Source: Myxococcota bacterium
GTDB lineage: Bacteria; Myxococcota_A; UBA796; UBA2385
Length of the DNA: 64,000 nucleotides
Direction: 5' to 3'
Assembly (NCBI GenBank): GCA_044344255.1
Contig: JBIJDH010000004.1
Coordinates: 224,001 to 288,000, forward strand
Below the pieces are notes generated by a model. It was not told the origin of the DNA. It did no database searches and worked only from the letters and a program-made list of their open reading frames with translations. Each line of letters begins with the position of its first letter. The stretch's first letter is position 1. Below, in pieces: positions 9,869-20,249 of this stretch. Made by a program: the position numbers and the translations under genes.

Positions 9869-10018
9869 GATCGCAGACGTACTCGGGTGGGAGCTCAGGG
9901 GGGAGCGCGGTCGCCGCTGGGAGGCCCAGCAGGCCGGACCGAGGCGGGGACGGGTGCCGCAGGCGCGCCACTTTACCGATCGGATCGACCCTTGGGAAGG
10001 GGCCCCGGGGCTGGCCAT

Positions 10019-11326
10019 CTACCCCGTCCTTGGGGCCTCGGGCAGGTGCGAGGTGTTCCGCGTCGGGCCGAGCGCTCGGGCGTACGGGCCGGCCAGCAGG
10101 TCGTGGGCGTGACCGAGGGGGTCCGTCCACGTGAGCGGCGCTTGACGACCTCGGCCGCGGTGGAGCTCGGCCTGCAGCGCGGCCTCGAGCTCGTGGAGCC
10201 CGATCGGCCCCACGAGCCGGGCCCCGGGGCAGAGCTCCGCGGCGCCGCCCTCCCGGCTGACCACCACCCGAAGGCCCGCTGCGGTGGCCTCGCGGATCAC
10301 GAGCGGGCTGTTCTCGGGCCAGGTGGAAGGGAGCACGAGCACGTCGTGATCGTCGAGCAGCGCCTGCATCTCGTCGGGGCGGACCCCCCCCTTCCAGTGG
10401 GCGTTCGGCGTCCGCGCCACCTCGGCCCGCAGGCGTTCGGCGAAGCTGGGGTCACCGTCGAAGGGCGGGCAGGGGCCGGCCAACGTGAGGCTCGCGGCGC
10501 CGACCGGGAGGCGACCGAAGGCGGCGAGCAGGCGGTCCGGGCCCTTCGTGGGGAGGATCGCGCTGGCGAAGAGCAGGCGGAGGGGCCCCGGGGGCGGCGT
10601 GGGCGCGGCGCGGATCGGGCGAATCAACGGGAGGGGCGCGTGCTCGGGGCGCCGGAGGCCGAGGTCGGCGAAGCGGCGCGCGAGGTCGTGCGAGGGCGAG
10701 AGCAGCGTGTGGACCGAGCTCAGGAGGGCCTCGACCGCGGCGATCCGTCGGGAGACTCGGAGGGTGTCGCTCGGACGGAGCGGGCGGTCGCTCACGCGCT
10801 GGTGGAGCGCCGCTCGGGCCCCGGGCCAGGCGCGGAGGCGGCCGCCCAGGCGGGCGGAGAGGGGATCGAGGCGGAGGTGGGCCCCGAGGCAGGCCGCGCA
10901 GGCTTCGGGGCTGGGGCCCCCGCAGGGCTCGCCGGACCCCGTGACGAGCTGCCCGCGGGCGCAGGGGATCGCGTAGTCGTGGAGGGTGAGGACGGTGGGG
11001 ATGCCGTGCTCGGCCGCGATCCGGGGGAGCCCGAAGCTCAGCCCCGAGAGGTGGTGGACATGTACGAGGTCGGGGCGAGCGAGGCGGAGCCAGGCTCGCC
11101 AGCGCGCCTCGACGTCCCGACGCCGGAAGCTCTCCTCCCAGAAGAGGGGCGGGGAGGGCGTGAGGAGCAGCCGGGACTCCGAGGCCTCCGGAGGCCCCCT
11201 GGTGGGCGCGACCAGGGAGACGGCCACCCCGGCTTGCGCGAGGGCCTCCCCCAGCGCGGCGACGTAGAGGCCGGTCCCGCCCATCTGCTCCGGCGGCCAG
11301 CCGTGGAGCACCAGGGCGACCCGCAC
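10019..11326 (-). CDS. GT-B glycosyltransferase (family 4-like)
   Basis: N-terminal HGWPPEQMGGTGLY, PDLVHVHH, TLHDY, KGPD and ENSPLVIREA (EX7E) motifs. Confidence 0.9.
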   Translation of the reverse strand: MRVALVLHGWPPEQMGGTGLYVAALGEALAQAGVAVSLVAPTRGPPEASESRLLLTPSPPLFWEESFRRRDVEARWRAWLRLARPDLVHVHHLSGLSFGLPRIAAEHGIPTVLTLHDYAIPCARGQLVTGSGEPCGGPSPEACAACLGAHLRLDPLSARLGGRLRAWPGARAALHQRVSDRPLRPSDTLRVSRRIAAVEALLSSVHTLLSPSHDLARRFADLGLRRPEHAPLPLIRPIRAAPTPPPGPLRLLFASAILPTKGPDRLLAAFGRLPVGAASLTLAGPCPPFDGDPSFAERLRAEVARTPNAHWKGGVRPDEMQALLDDHDVLVLPSTWPENSPLVIREATAAGLRVVVSREGGAAELCPGARLVGPIGLHELEAALQAELHRGRGRQAPLTWTDPLGHAHDLLAGPYARALGPTRNTSHLPEAPRTG

Positions 11327-11788
11327 TCAGAGCGCCGGGTGGTCGAAGCGGTGGGCGCGGGCCTCCGCCTCTTCCCTCGCCGCGGGGCCAGGGCGCATCG
11401 CGCCAAACTGGATGCCGGGCAGGCCCACGATCTTGGTGAGCAGCCACCCCTTGAGGCGCGGGGCCAACCAGCGACGGATGGGCGGGATGATGATGAGCAG
11501 GCCGAGGAGGTCGGTCAACACGCCGGGGCTGATCAGGAGGACGGACCCCACGAGCACCAGCAGGCCCTCCACCACCCGGTCACCGGGGGGGATCCCGAGG
11601 ACGGACTCCTCTTTGAGCTGCCGGATGACACCGAGGCCCTCCCGCTTGGCGAGCCACGCCCCCAGCATCCCGGTTCCGACCACGAAGGCGACCGTCGCGG
11701 CGGGCCCCATCAGCGCCCCCACCCGGATGAGGAGGTAGAGCTCGATGGTGGGCACCACCGTCATCAGGAGGAAGAGGCGCGCGAGCAT
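11327..11788 (-). CDS. fxsA: FxsA family membrane protein
   Basis: VPTIELYLLIRVG...REG...LLISPGVLTDLLGL family pattern. Confidence 0.9.
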   Translation of the reverse strand: MLARLFLLMTVVPTIELYLLIRVGALMGPAATVAFVVGTGMLGAWLAKREGLGVIRQLKEESVLGIPPGDRVVEGLLVLVGSVLLISPGVLTDLLGLLIIIPPIRRWLAPRLKGWLLTKIVGLPGIQFGAMRPGPAAREEAEARAHRFDHPAL

Positions 11789-11800
11789 GGTGGAGTCTAT

Positions 11801-12262
11801 TCACGCCGATCGGGGCGGGGAAGGGGCCGCTACAACGCCGTCGGGGCTGGGGGGGTGCTCATCGGCCTGGAGCTGCCGCTTGGACTCGACCCACAGGGCG
11901 TCGAGCGCGGCGGCGTCGGCCTCTTCGAGGCGCAGGCCCCGGAGGGCGGCGTTCGCCTCGAGGCGCGCGAATCGGCGGGCGAATCGCTGGTTCGCGCGCC
12001 CCAGGCTGGGCTCGGGCTCAAGGCCCAGGTGGCGACCCACCGACGCCACCGCCATCAGGAGGTCGCCGTACTCGTGGTCGAGGGCCGCGGGGTCTCCGCT
12101 CGCGATGGCCTCGCGGAGCTCGGCGAGCTCCTCCTCCACCTTGGCGAGGACGCCGTGAACATCAGGCCAATCGAAGCCCACTCGGGCCACCCTGGCCGCG
12201 GTCTCGTGGGCGCAGATGAGCGCGGGGGAGGCGGGGTGATCGATCTCGTCGCTGGGGAGCAT
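11801..12262 (-). CDS. Single-domain MazG-like nucleotide pyrophosphohydrolase (matches the C-terminal MazG domain)
   Basis: AARVGFDW, KVEEELAEL, EYGDLL, ANQRFARRF and LDALW motifs. Start 12262 (alternative TTG 12328). Confidence 0.8.
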   Translation of the reverse strand: MLPSDEIDHPASPALICAHETAARVARVGFDWPDVHGVLAKVEEELAELREAIASGDPAALDHEYGDLLMAVASVGRHLGLEPEPSLGRANQRFARRFARLEANAALRGLRLEEADAAALDALWVESKRQLQADEHPPSPDGVVAAPSPPRSA

Positions 12263-12369
12263 CGCCGAGTGGGCTCCACGCTCGAGGGGGCTGTTGTCCA
12301 GGTTTGCGGTCAACGTCGTGACACTCAAGCAGAGAGGGTGGTACTATCCGCTCTTCATCGGGGCTCCTC

Positions 12370-14151
12370 ATGAATCCAGACAATTCCGCCGCTCGCCTGT
12401 TGCCCACCCGCCGCGCCCTCCGTGCGGCCCTCCGTCCCTCCGCCGGGCGCCTCGTCCTGCTGGGCGTGCTCGCGGTCGCCTGTCAGAGCGACTACGACAT
12501 CAAGGGTGAGCACATCGGATCGGTGCTCAGCCTCGAGGTGACGAGCCCCACCTACGGCGAATTCATGGGGGACTCCGACATCACCGTGACGGGCACGGTT
12601 TACCCCCGTCAGGCGGTGCTCACGATTGAAGGGGAGACGGTCGAGGTGTCGGACGATGGCTCCTTCTCCGTCTCGGTCCCTGTCGACTACGCCTACCGGA
12701 TCGTCGACATCGAGGCCCACCTCGACAGCCAGGCCGAGCGCATCCGCCTCCCGGTCTTCCAGGGCCACAACCCCGCCGACACCTGGCCGGGCGGGATGTC
12801 GGCGCGGCTCCTGCCCTCCGGCCTCGACAAGCTCGGCGTGCAGGTGGGCGCGATGGTCGACGGCCTCGGCTGGAAGGAGCAGATCTCGGCGGCGCTGCCG
12901 TCGTACACCTCAGACTTCTTGTCGCTGACCTCGCTCGGCGTCACCTCAGACCCCACCGTGGTCCTCCTCGAGCCGGCGCTCGGCGGCCTCGACACCTACT
13001 TCACGATCAACAACGTCCTCGTCGCCTACCAGATCGACATCGACTACTGGATCGGCACCTACACCGGTGAGATGTCGATCGGCTTCACCGAGGTCGCCAT
13101 CGGCGGCCTCATGGTGCCCTCCCTCGACGAGGCGGGCATCCTCACGCTCGAGCTCACCGATGCCTCCCTCGACATCTCCGAGCCCGATCTCACGCTCGGC
13201 CCCCTGGACGGCACCGTCCTCGAGTGGGTCATGGGCGCGCTCAACGACTACATCCTCGAGCCCCTCGTGGATCTGCTCCTCGGCGTGATCCTGGACCAGG
13301 TGGGCGTCATCGAGGTGGGCGGGCCCTTTGACTTCAGCACCGACCTCTTCGGCACCTCGATCGACATCAGCCTCGCCTCCGTCTTCGCAGACCTCGACGG
13401 CCTCGGCGCGCTGCTCGGCATGGGCATCGGAGAGCCGATTGACCTCGCCGGCCTCGACGTCCCCGTGCCGGGGCTGACGACCACCTACGGCGATCAGTCC
13501 GACGTCGCGATCGGCGTCCATGAGGGCCTGCTCCAGCTCGTCATCGTCAACACGCTCGACGAGCTGTTGGGCGGCGGCTTCGACATCGGCTCTTACGCCT
13601 TCCTGCTCGACGGTCCGATCCGCGCCCTCCCGGGTGGCTCGGAGGCCCCGGAGGGCGCCGCCTGGTGCCTCGCCATCGACCCCGGCACCGCCTACGTCGC
13701 CCGCTTCGTCGAGGGCACCGACCGCCTGGGCGCCGTCTACATGCCCGACTTTCTGGTCGACATCGGCATCGACGACGGTTCGACGTGCAACCCCTGGCTG
13801 AAGACCTCCCTCGCGATGGAGCTCGGCCTCGTGGTCGAAGACGGGACCAACATCACCTTCGACATGTCGGTGCGGGAGGGCGCGGTGCTCGAGTACGGCG
13901 CCAGCGAGTACGACGAGGCGGAGGTGGTCAACCAGCTCGGCACCCTGCTCTCGACGATGATCGGCCTCGTGGGCGGCAGCCTCTCCTTCAACCTCACCGA
14001 TCTCGTGGGCGGCCTCGGCGCCGACACCACCGGGGGCCTCTCGCTCGGCGAGCTCGCCCCCACGGTGGTGGGGACGACGAAGCTGTACAACACCGACGGC
14101 AGCTGGAACGAGGGCCTCTACGCCCTCTGCCTCGACCTCTGGGCCGATTGA
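12370..14151 (+). CDS. Acidic lipoprotein with an N-terminal Ig-like domain; the remainder is possibly a BPI/LBP-like lipid-binding fold
   Basis: Lipobox LAVAC; ITVTGTV...DGSFSVSVP Ig pattern; strong host-like codon usage. Confidence 0.6.
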   Translation: MNPDNSAARLLPTRRALRAALRPSAGRLVLLGVLAVACQSDYDIKGEHIGSVLSLEVTSPTYGEFMGDSDITVTGTVYPRQAVLTIEGETVEVSDDGSFSVSVPVDYAYRIVDIEAHLDSQAERIRLPVFQGHNPADTWPGGMSARLLPSGLDKLGVQVGAMVDGLGWKEQISAALPSYTSDFLSLTSLGVTSDPTVVLLEPALGGLDTYFTINNVLVAYQIDIDYWIGTYTGEMSIGFTEVAIGGLMVPSLDEAGILTLELTDASLDISEPDLTLGPLDGTVLEWVMGALNDYILEPLVDLLLGVILDQVGVIEVGGPFDFSTDLFGTSIDISLASVFADLDGLGALLGMGIGEPIDLAGLDVPVPGLTTTYGDQSDVAIGVHEGLLQLVIVNTLDELLGGGFDIGSYAFLLDGPIRALPGGSEAPEGAAWCLAIDPGTAYVARFVEGTDRLGAVYMPDFLVDIGIDDGSTCNPWLKTSLAMELGLVVEDGTNITFDMSVREGAVLEYGASEYDEAEVVNQLGTLLSTMIGLVGGSLSFNLTDLVGGLGADTTGGLSLGELAPTVVGTTKLYNTDGSWNEGLYALCLDLWAD

Positions 14152-14215
14152 GACGCCGGTCGGGCTGACGCGCGGGGGCGCTTTGGCGCTCCTGGCGGCT
14201 GAGCCGAGGCGTAGG

Positions 14216-14266
14216 CTCGGCCGCGGCGCGATCTCGGCCGCGGCGCGATCTCGGCCGCGGCGCGGT
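14216..14266. repeat. Three tandem 17-bp repeats (ctcggccgcggcgcgat) between convergent genes
   Basis: Directly visible; the third copy has one mismatch; no spacers. Confidence 0.85.
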
Positions 14267-14269
14267 CTC

Positions 14270-15694
14270 TCAGGCCTTGAGCGCGCTCACGAGCTTCTGC
14301 ATGCTGTCCTTGGCGTCGCCGTACAGCATGTGGCAGTTGTCGTAGTAGAAGAGCGGGTTCTCGATGCCTGCGTAGCCGGCTCCCTTGCCGCGCTTGAGCA
14401 CCACGACCGTCTTCGACTTCCAGACCTGGATCACTGGCATGCCGTAGATCGGGCTCGACCCGTCGGTCTCGGCGCCGGGGTTCACGATGTCGTTGGCCCC
14501 GATGATGAGGACGAGGTCGGTGGTCGGGCAGTCGCCGTTGATCTCGTCCATCTCGAGGACGATGTCGTAGGGCACCCCCGCCTCGGCCAGCAGCACGTTC
14601 ATGTGGCCGGGGAGGCGGCCTGCGACGGGGTGGATCGCGTAGCGGACGTTGACGCCGCGGGCGCGCAGCACCTTGGAGAAGTCGTGCACGAGGTGCTGCG
14701 CGCGGCCGACGGCCATGCCGTAGCCGGGCACGATCATGATCTCCTTGGCCGACTGCGCGGCGCTGACCACGTCGGCCACCGTCATCTCGGTGATGCTGCC
14801 GACGATGGGCTCCGCCGGGGCCGAGGGCTTGCCGCCGTCCGTGCCGAAGCCGCCGAAGACCACGTTCAAGATCGAGCGGTTCATCGCCCGACACATGATG
14901 ATCGAGAGGATGGCGCCCGAGGAGCCCACGAGGGCGCCGGTGACGATGAGCAGGTCATTGCCGAGCATGAAGCCGGCCGCCGCCGCCGCCCAGCCCGAGT
15001 AGCTGTTGAGCAGGGAGACCACGACCGGCATGTCGGCCCCGCCGATCGCCATCACGAGGTGCACGCCGAGGAGGCTGGCCAGGGCCGTCATGCCGAGGAT
15101 GAGCGGCAGGGCGAGGGTGGGCGCGCCCGCGCCAAGGTGGTCGATCACGAAGGGGACGCCGAGGCCGAGGATGGTGATGGCCAGCGCGGCGTTGAGCAGG
15201 TGGCGGCCCGGCAGCAGCAGGGGCCTCCCGCCGATGCTGCCCTTGAGCTTGGCCCAGGCGATGATCGAGCCGGTGAGCGTCACCGCGCCGATGGCCACGC
15301 CGAGCCAGACCTCGATGAGGTGCACGACGAGCTCGCCCTTGTGGAGCTCGGGCGGTAGGGCCATCGCGCTCGAGATGCCGACCAGCACGGCGGCGAGGCC
15401 GACGAAGCTGTGCAACACCGCGACGAGCTCGGGCATCGCCGTCATCGCGACCCTGCTGGCGAGGAAGGCCCCCACCGCGCCGCCGATCACGACGGCGCCG
15501 ATCAGCATCCCGAAGGCGTGCACGGTGGGGTTGAGGGCCGTCGCCGCGATGGCGATCGCCATGCCGATCATGCCGTAGAGGTTGCCTTGGCGGGCCGTCT
15601 GCTGGTTGGCCAGACCCCCGAGGCTCAGGATGAACAGGATGGCCGCGAGGAGGTAGGCCGCGGTCAGCGCGCCCATCGGCAGCAGGTTCTCCAT
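14270..15694 (-). CDS. pntB: NAD(P) transhydrogenase subunit beta
   Basis: MPELVAVLHSFVGLAAV, AIGGADMPVVVSLLNSYSGWA, HPVAGRLPGHMNVLLAEA. Confidence 0.97.
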   Translation of the reverse strand: MENLLPMGALTAAYLLAAILFILSLGGLANQQTARQGNLYGMIGMAIAIAATALNPTVHAFGMLIGAVVIGGAVGAFLASRVAMTAMPELVAVLHSFVGLAAVLVGISSAMALPPELHKGELVVHLIEVWLGVAIGAVTLTGSIIAWAKLKGSIGGRPLLLPGRHLLNAALAITILGLGVPFVIDHLGAGAPTLALPLILGMTALASLLGVHLVMAIGGADMPVVVSLLNSYSGWAAAAAGFMLGNDLLIVTGALVGSSGAILSIIMCRAMNRSILNVVFGGFGTDGGKPSAPAEPIVGSITEMTVADVVSAAQSAKEIMIVPGYGMAVGRAQHLVHDFSKVLRARGVNVRYAIHPVAGRLPGHMNVLLAEAGVPYDIVLEMDEINGDCPTTDLVLIIGANDIVNPGAETDGSSPIYGMPVIQVWKSKTVVVLKRGKGAGYAGIENPLFYYDNCHMLYGDAKDSMQKLVSALKA

Positions 15695-15696
15695 GT

Positions 15697-17361
15697 CTAC
15701 TCACCCTCTCTGCGGAACATCTGGAGCATGCGCTGGGTGACCAGGAAGCCCCCCGCGATGTTGATGGAGGCCACGAGGATGGCCACCGCGCCGAGCACAG
15801 CGGCGATGTTCATCTCGCCGGAGGCCGCCTGGAGCATGCCGCCGACGATGATGATCCCCGAGATGGCGTTCGTGACGCTCATCAGGGGCGTGTGCAGGGC
15901 GGGGCTCACGCTCCAGACCACCTGCCAGCCGACGAAGCAGGCGAGGACAAAGACCGTGAAGTGCTGGATGAACTCGCTCGGCGCGAAGACGCCGATCGCG
16001 GCCAGCATGGCGGCGACCACCGCGATGACGACGTTCTGCGCCACGCCGGACATCCCAGCGCCGCCGCCATGGCCGTGGCCGCCGGACTTGGCCTTCTTGG
16101 CTGCGGGAGGGAGCAGGGTGGGGTGCGCGATCGGCTCGCTGGCCTTCGGCGCCGTTGGGCTCGGCGCGGGGGTCGCTGCGGGGGTCGCTGCGGGGGCCGG
16201 CGCGGGGGTGGCCACCGCCTTGGGCGGCGGGGGCGGCCAGACCAGGGCGCCCTCCTGGAGCACGATCGCGCCACGAACGACCTCATCGCTGAGGTTGATC
16301 CTGTACTTGTCGCCTCCGCCCATGTCGGTGAGGAGGTGGACCAGGTTGGAGGCGAAGAGCTGCGAGGCCTGGCCGGGCAGCCGGCTCGGGAGGTCTGTCC
16401 AGCCGAGGATCGTGACACCGTGGACGTTCACCACCTCACCGGGCACCGTGTACTCGCAGTTCCCACCCTGCTCTGCCGCGAGATCGACCACCACAGACCC
16501 GGCCTTCATGCGATCGATCACATGGCCGGGGAGGAGGATGGGGGCGCGGCGGCCGGGGATGAGGGCCGTCGTGATGATGATGTCCACCTCGCGGGCCTGC
16601 TCTCCGAAGAGCTTCATCTCCGCGTCGTAGAACTCCTGGCTCATCACGTTGGCGTAGCCGCCCTTCGTCTCGGCCGACTCGCCCATCGGGAAGTCGAGGA
16701 GGAGGAAGGTGGCGCCGAGGCTCTCACACTGCTCCTTGGTGGCCGGGCGCACGTCGAAGGCGCGCACCTCCGCCCCGAGGCCGCGGGCGGCGGCGATGGC
16801 GGCGAGGCCGGCCACCCCGGCGCCGATGATCAGCACCCGCGCCGGGCGCGTGCGACCCGCGGCGGTGATCATGCCGGCGAAGAAGCCGCCGAAGTGATTG
16901 GCGGCCTCGATGACCGCCTTGTAGCCGGAGATGTTCCCCATGCTCGACAGCACGTCCATCTTCTGGGCGCGGCTGATGCGGGGGATCTGATCGAGGGCGA
17001 TCACGGTCGCCTTGCGGGCCGCGAGGCGCTCGATCAGCTCTTTGTTCTGGGCGGGGAAGAGCAGGCAGATGAGGTGCCCGCCCTCGCGCAGCAGATCGGC
17101 CTCGTGCACGCCGGTGGCGGGGTCGACCCCGGGTGGCCGCACCTTGGTGACGACGTCGGCGGCGGCCCACAGCGGAGCTGCCCCCTCGATGATCGTGGCG
17201 CCGGCCGCGGCGAAGTCAGCGTCGGACAAGCAGGCGCCGGCGCCAGCGCCAGCCTCTACGAGGACTTCAAAGCCGAGCTTTCGCAGCCGAGTGACGGTGT
17301 CGGGCGTCCCCGCGACGCGGCGTTCGCCGGCGTGGGTCTCCCGGGGGATGCCGATCTTCAT
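15697..17361 (-). CDS. pntA: NAD(P) transhydrogenase subunit alpha
   Basis: [45 protein letters not shown]. Confidence 0.97.
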   Translation of the reverse strand: MKIGIPRETHAGERRVAGTPDTVTRLRKLGFEVLVEAGAGAGACLSDADFAAAGATIIEGAAPLWAAADVVTKVRPPGVDPATGVHEADLLREGGHLICLLFPAQNKELIERLAARKATVIALDQIPRISRAQKMDVLSSMGNISGYKAVIEAANHFGGFFAGMITAAGRTRPARVLIIGAGVAGLAAIAAARGLGAEVRAFDVRPATKEQCESLGATFLLLDFPMGESAETKGGYANVMSQEFYDAEMKLFGEQAREVDIIITTALIPGRRAPILLPGHVIDRMKAGSVVVDLAAEQGGNCEYTVPGEVVNVHGVTILGWTDLPSRLPGQASQLFASNLVHLLTDMGGGDKYRINLSDEVVRGAIVLQEGALVWPPPPPKAVATPAPAPAATPAATPAPSPTAPKASEPIAHPTLLPPAAKKAKSGGHGHGGGAGMSGVAQNVVIAVVAAMLAAIGVFAPSEFIQHFTVFVLACFVGWQVVWSVSPALHTPLMSVTNAISGIIIVGGMLQAASGEMNIAAVLGAVAILVASINIAGGFLVTQRMLQMFRREGE

Positions 17362-17408
17362 CGGGCCTCCGAATGGGCGGCCCTGCTATCTCGCCCCGGG
17401 GCCTTCGG

Positions 17409-18002
17409 TCAGCCCCGCTCGTCGGTGGATTGTATGATCCAGTCCATGGCCATGTTGTCGAGCAGGGCGGCGCCAGCGTCGTCCTCTGGGGAGAGCGCGG
17501 CCCGGGCCTCGGCGAGGCGGCCGAGCAGCGGAGGGTCGGCCAGCTCGCCGAGGGGGGGGCTGGTGAGCGCGCCCTGCCAGCGCCCCTCGACGAAGGTGTC
17601 CTGGATGGGCAGGCCTCCGCCGCGCTTGAGCGCGAAACAAGGGGTGCCGAAGCAGCGCAGCAGGCGGCCGAGGGCGTCGTCCCGCGCCGCCGCTCCGGCG
17701 AGCACCGCGACCACGGCCGCCTCGGGGTCGTCCTCCTCGGCGGGCTGGCTGAGGGCCCAGAGGCCGTAGAGCCCCGACCAGGCGAGGGCGGGGTCTGCGG
17801 CCCAGCGTGCGGCGCCGTCGCCGAGCACCCAGGCCCGGAGCTGACGCACGGGGCCGAAGGTGGCGAGCGCCTCGCTGACCTGCTCGATCACCTCGAGGTC
17901 GTCGAAGGCCTGGGCGGGCAGGACGCGGGTGTCGATGACCACGCCGCCGGAGCGCAGCCGGGTGAGGAGGGCGGCCGAAGGGCGAAGGGTGGGGGATGCC
18001 AT
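17409..18002 (-). CDS. Hypothetical protein
   Basis: Plausible globular protein co-oriented with pntA; GGAG upstream of ATG 18002; no motif recognised. Confidence 0.55.
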   Translation of the reverse strand: MASPTLRPSAALLTRLRSGGVVIDTRVLPAQAFDDLEVIEQVSEALATFGPVRQLRAWVLGDGAARWAADPALAWSGLYGLWALSQPAEEDDPEAAVVAVLAGAAARDDALGRLLRCFGTPCFALKRGGGLPIQDTFVEGRWQGALTSPPLGELADPPLLGRLAEARAALSPEDDAGAALLDNMAMDWIIQSTDERG

Positions 18003-18057
18003 CGGGGGCTCCAGGGCGGGTGCCTCTGTTATGCTGGCGGAGCGAGGAGCACCCGCC

Positions 18058-20190
18058 ATGACCCTGGACCCCCGATTCTTCCCCGTTCATCGACGGCTCG
18101 CCCTCGGGGCGCTGCTCGGGTTGGCCGCCTGCGCGGGCGGCGAGGCCGGGAAGGGTGGCGCGGCCGGTGAAGGGGGCGTCACCGGCCAGGACCGTGACCT
18201 CGACGGCTACTCGGGGCTGGACGACTGCAACGACGAGGACCCCGCCGTTCACGTGGACGCCGCCGAGATCTGCGACGGCGTCGACAACAACTGCGACGGG
18301 GAGGTGGACGAGGGTGTGCTCACCACCTGGTACAGCGACCTCGACGACGACGGCTTCGGCGACGCCGCGAGCCCCATCGAGGCCTGCTCTCCGGATGAGG
18401 GCATGGTGACGAACGACACGGACTGCGATGACGACGAGGAGCGGGTCTACCCCGGTGCTTATGACGCCTGCGACGGCCTCGACAACGACTGCGACGGCGA
18501 GATCGACGAGGCGGAGAGCGTCACCTGGTACGCCGACGAAGACGGGGACGGCTACGGTGACCCCGCCGCCTGGGTCGAGGCTTGCGCCGCCCCCGACGGC
18601 TACACGCGCGACGATCAGGACTGCGACGACACCACCGCGGCGGCCGCCCCGGCGGCCGCGGAGGTCTGTGATGAGATCGACAATGACTGCGACGGTGACA
18701 TCGACGAGGCCGTGACCTCCACCTACTACGAGGACCGCGACGGAGACGGCTGGGGCCTCCTCGCCGAGACCACCGAGGCCTGCACCCGCCCCACCGGCTA
18801 CTCGGTCGACGCCGGGGACTGTGACGACACCGACGTCGCCTACAACCCCGACGCGCTCGAGCTCGACTGCACCGATCCCCACGACTACAACTGCGACGGC
18901 AGCGTGGGCTACGCCGACGCCGACGGGGACGGCTGGGCCGCCTGCGAGGACTGCGACGACAGCGACGCCCTCGTCCGCCCCGACGGCCTCGAGGTCTGTA
19001 ACGGCGTCGATGACGACTGCGACACCCTCATCGATGACGCGGACCCCTCCGCTGACCTCAGCACCGGCTCCACTTGGTACGCCGACGCCGACGGGGACGG
19101 CTTCGGGGACGCCGGCGTCGCCGTCTCGGCCTGCGGGGCGCCGTTCGGCTACGTCTCGAACACGCTCGACTGTGATGACCACGACAGCCTCGTGAGCCCC
19201 AGCGCCACGGAGATCTGCAACGAGATCGACGATGACTGCGACGGGGACATCGACGGGGACGACAGCTCCGTCGATCTGTCCACGGGTGTGGTGTCCTACG
19301 CCGACGTGGATGGAGATGGGTACGGCGACGCCGCCGCCCCCGCCGAGGGCTGCGTGATCGAGGCCGGCTACGTCGACAACGACTCCGACTGTGACGACGC
19401 GGCGGTGGCGGTCAACCCGGCGGCGATCGAGGTCTGTAATGGTTACGACGACGACTGCGACCTGGCGATCGATGACGCGGACGGCAGCCTCAGCCTCGGC
19501 TCGGCCGGCACCTGGTATCAGGACAGCGACGGCGACGGCTACGGGCTCAGCAGCTCCACCACCCGCGCCTGCCTCGAGCCCGCCGGCTACGCCGCTTCGA
19601 GCGCGGACTGCGACGACGGGGCCGGGGCGGTCCACCCGGGGGCCACCGAGGTCTGTGACGCCGTAGACAATGACTGCGACACGAGCGTCGACGAGGGCTG
19701 GGACGCGGACGGAGACTCGATCACCGACTGCAAGGAGATCTCCCACACGGTGACGCTCTACCTCTCCGTCGATGACGCCTGGAGCGGCTACATCGACGGG
19801 ACCTCCATCGGCTCGGGGGGCGGCTGGTCCACCGTCCACACCATCACGAGCACCCTCGACTCCGGTGACCACGTGCTCGCCATCTACGGTGTCGACACGG
19901 GAGCGGCCATCGCGGGCTTCCTGGCCGCCGTCTACATCGATGGGAGCCTGTACTCGGTCTCGGGAGACGGGAAGTGGAAGGTCGGCGCCTCTGGCCCCAG
20001 CGGCTGGACCACGGCCGCGTACAACGACGCCGCCTGGGGCACCGGCACGGCCTGCACCGCCTCCCAGATGTCGACCTACTGGGGAGGGGCGCCGGCCAGC
20101 CTGCGGGCCACCGGCGCCTCCTGGATCTGGTCGCAGAGCTGCACCAGCCTTGGGGCGGGCTACTTCCGCTTGAACCTGACCTTGCCCTGA
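18058..20190 (+). CDS. Lipoprotein with about 10 putative metal-binding-motif repeats (DCDD...E.CDG.DNDCDG.IDE) and a C-terminal lectin-like beta-sandwich
   Basis: Lipobox LAAC; repeated WYxDxDGDGYG / DCxD / ExCxxxDxDCDG units; C-terminal VDDAWSGYIDG...GDHVLAI...WIW domain. Confidence 0.85.
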   Translation: MTLDPRFFPVHRRLALGALLGLAACAGGEAGKGGAAGEGGVTGQDRDLDGYSGLDDCNDEDPAVHVDAAEICDGVDNNCDGEVDEGVLTTWYSDLDDDGFGDAASPIEACSPDEGMVTNDTDCDDDEERVYPGAYDACDGLDNDCDGEIDEAESVTWYADEDGDGYGDPAAWVEACAAPDGYTRDDQDCDDTTAAAAPAAAEVCDEIDNDCDGDIDEAVTSTYYEDRDGDGWGLLAETTEACTRPTGYSVDAGDCDDTDVAYNPDALELDCTDPHDYNCDGSVGYADADGDGWAACEDCDDSDALVRPDGLEVCNGVDDDCDTLIDDADPSADLSTGSTWYADADGDGFGDAGVAVSACGAPFGYVSNTLDCDDHDSLVSPSATEICNEIDDDCDGDIDGDDSSVDLSTGVVSYADVDGDGYGDAAAPAEGCVIEAGYVDNDSDCDDAAVAVNPAAIEVCNGYDDDCDLAIDDADGSLSLGSAGTWYQDSDGDGYGLSSSTTRACLEPAGYAASSADCDDGAGAVHPGATEVCDAVDNDCDTSVDEGWDADGDSITDCKEISHTVTLYLSVDDAWSGYIDGTSIGSGGGWSTVHTITSTLDSGDHVLAIYGVDTGAAIAGFLAAVYIDGSLYSVSGDGKWKVGASGPSGWTTAAYNDAAWGTGTACTASQMSTYWGGAPASLRATGASWIWSQSCTSLGAGYFRLNLTLP

Positions 20191-20203
20191 GGCCGGGCCC
20201 TCC

Positions 20204-20240
20204 CCCCGTGTCCCCTCGCTCCGGGTGAGGGGACACGGGG
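20204..20240. terminator. Hairpin between convergent genes; likely terminator
   Basis: ccccgtgtcccctcgc-loop-gtgaggggacacgggg inverted repeat. Confidence 0.65.
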
Positions 20241-20249
20241 ATCGGTCGG

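Noticed and set aside
7352..12373. 1673-aa + strand ORF
   Set aside because: Antisense shadow of four real minus-strand genes in high-GC DNA; no recognisable domain.
18190..19735. Repeated DNA units suggesting an array or diversity-generating element
   Set aside because: Explained by degenerate protein repeats of the common Cys/Asp metal-binding motif; no reverse transcriptase or template/variable repeat pair seen.
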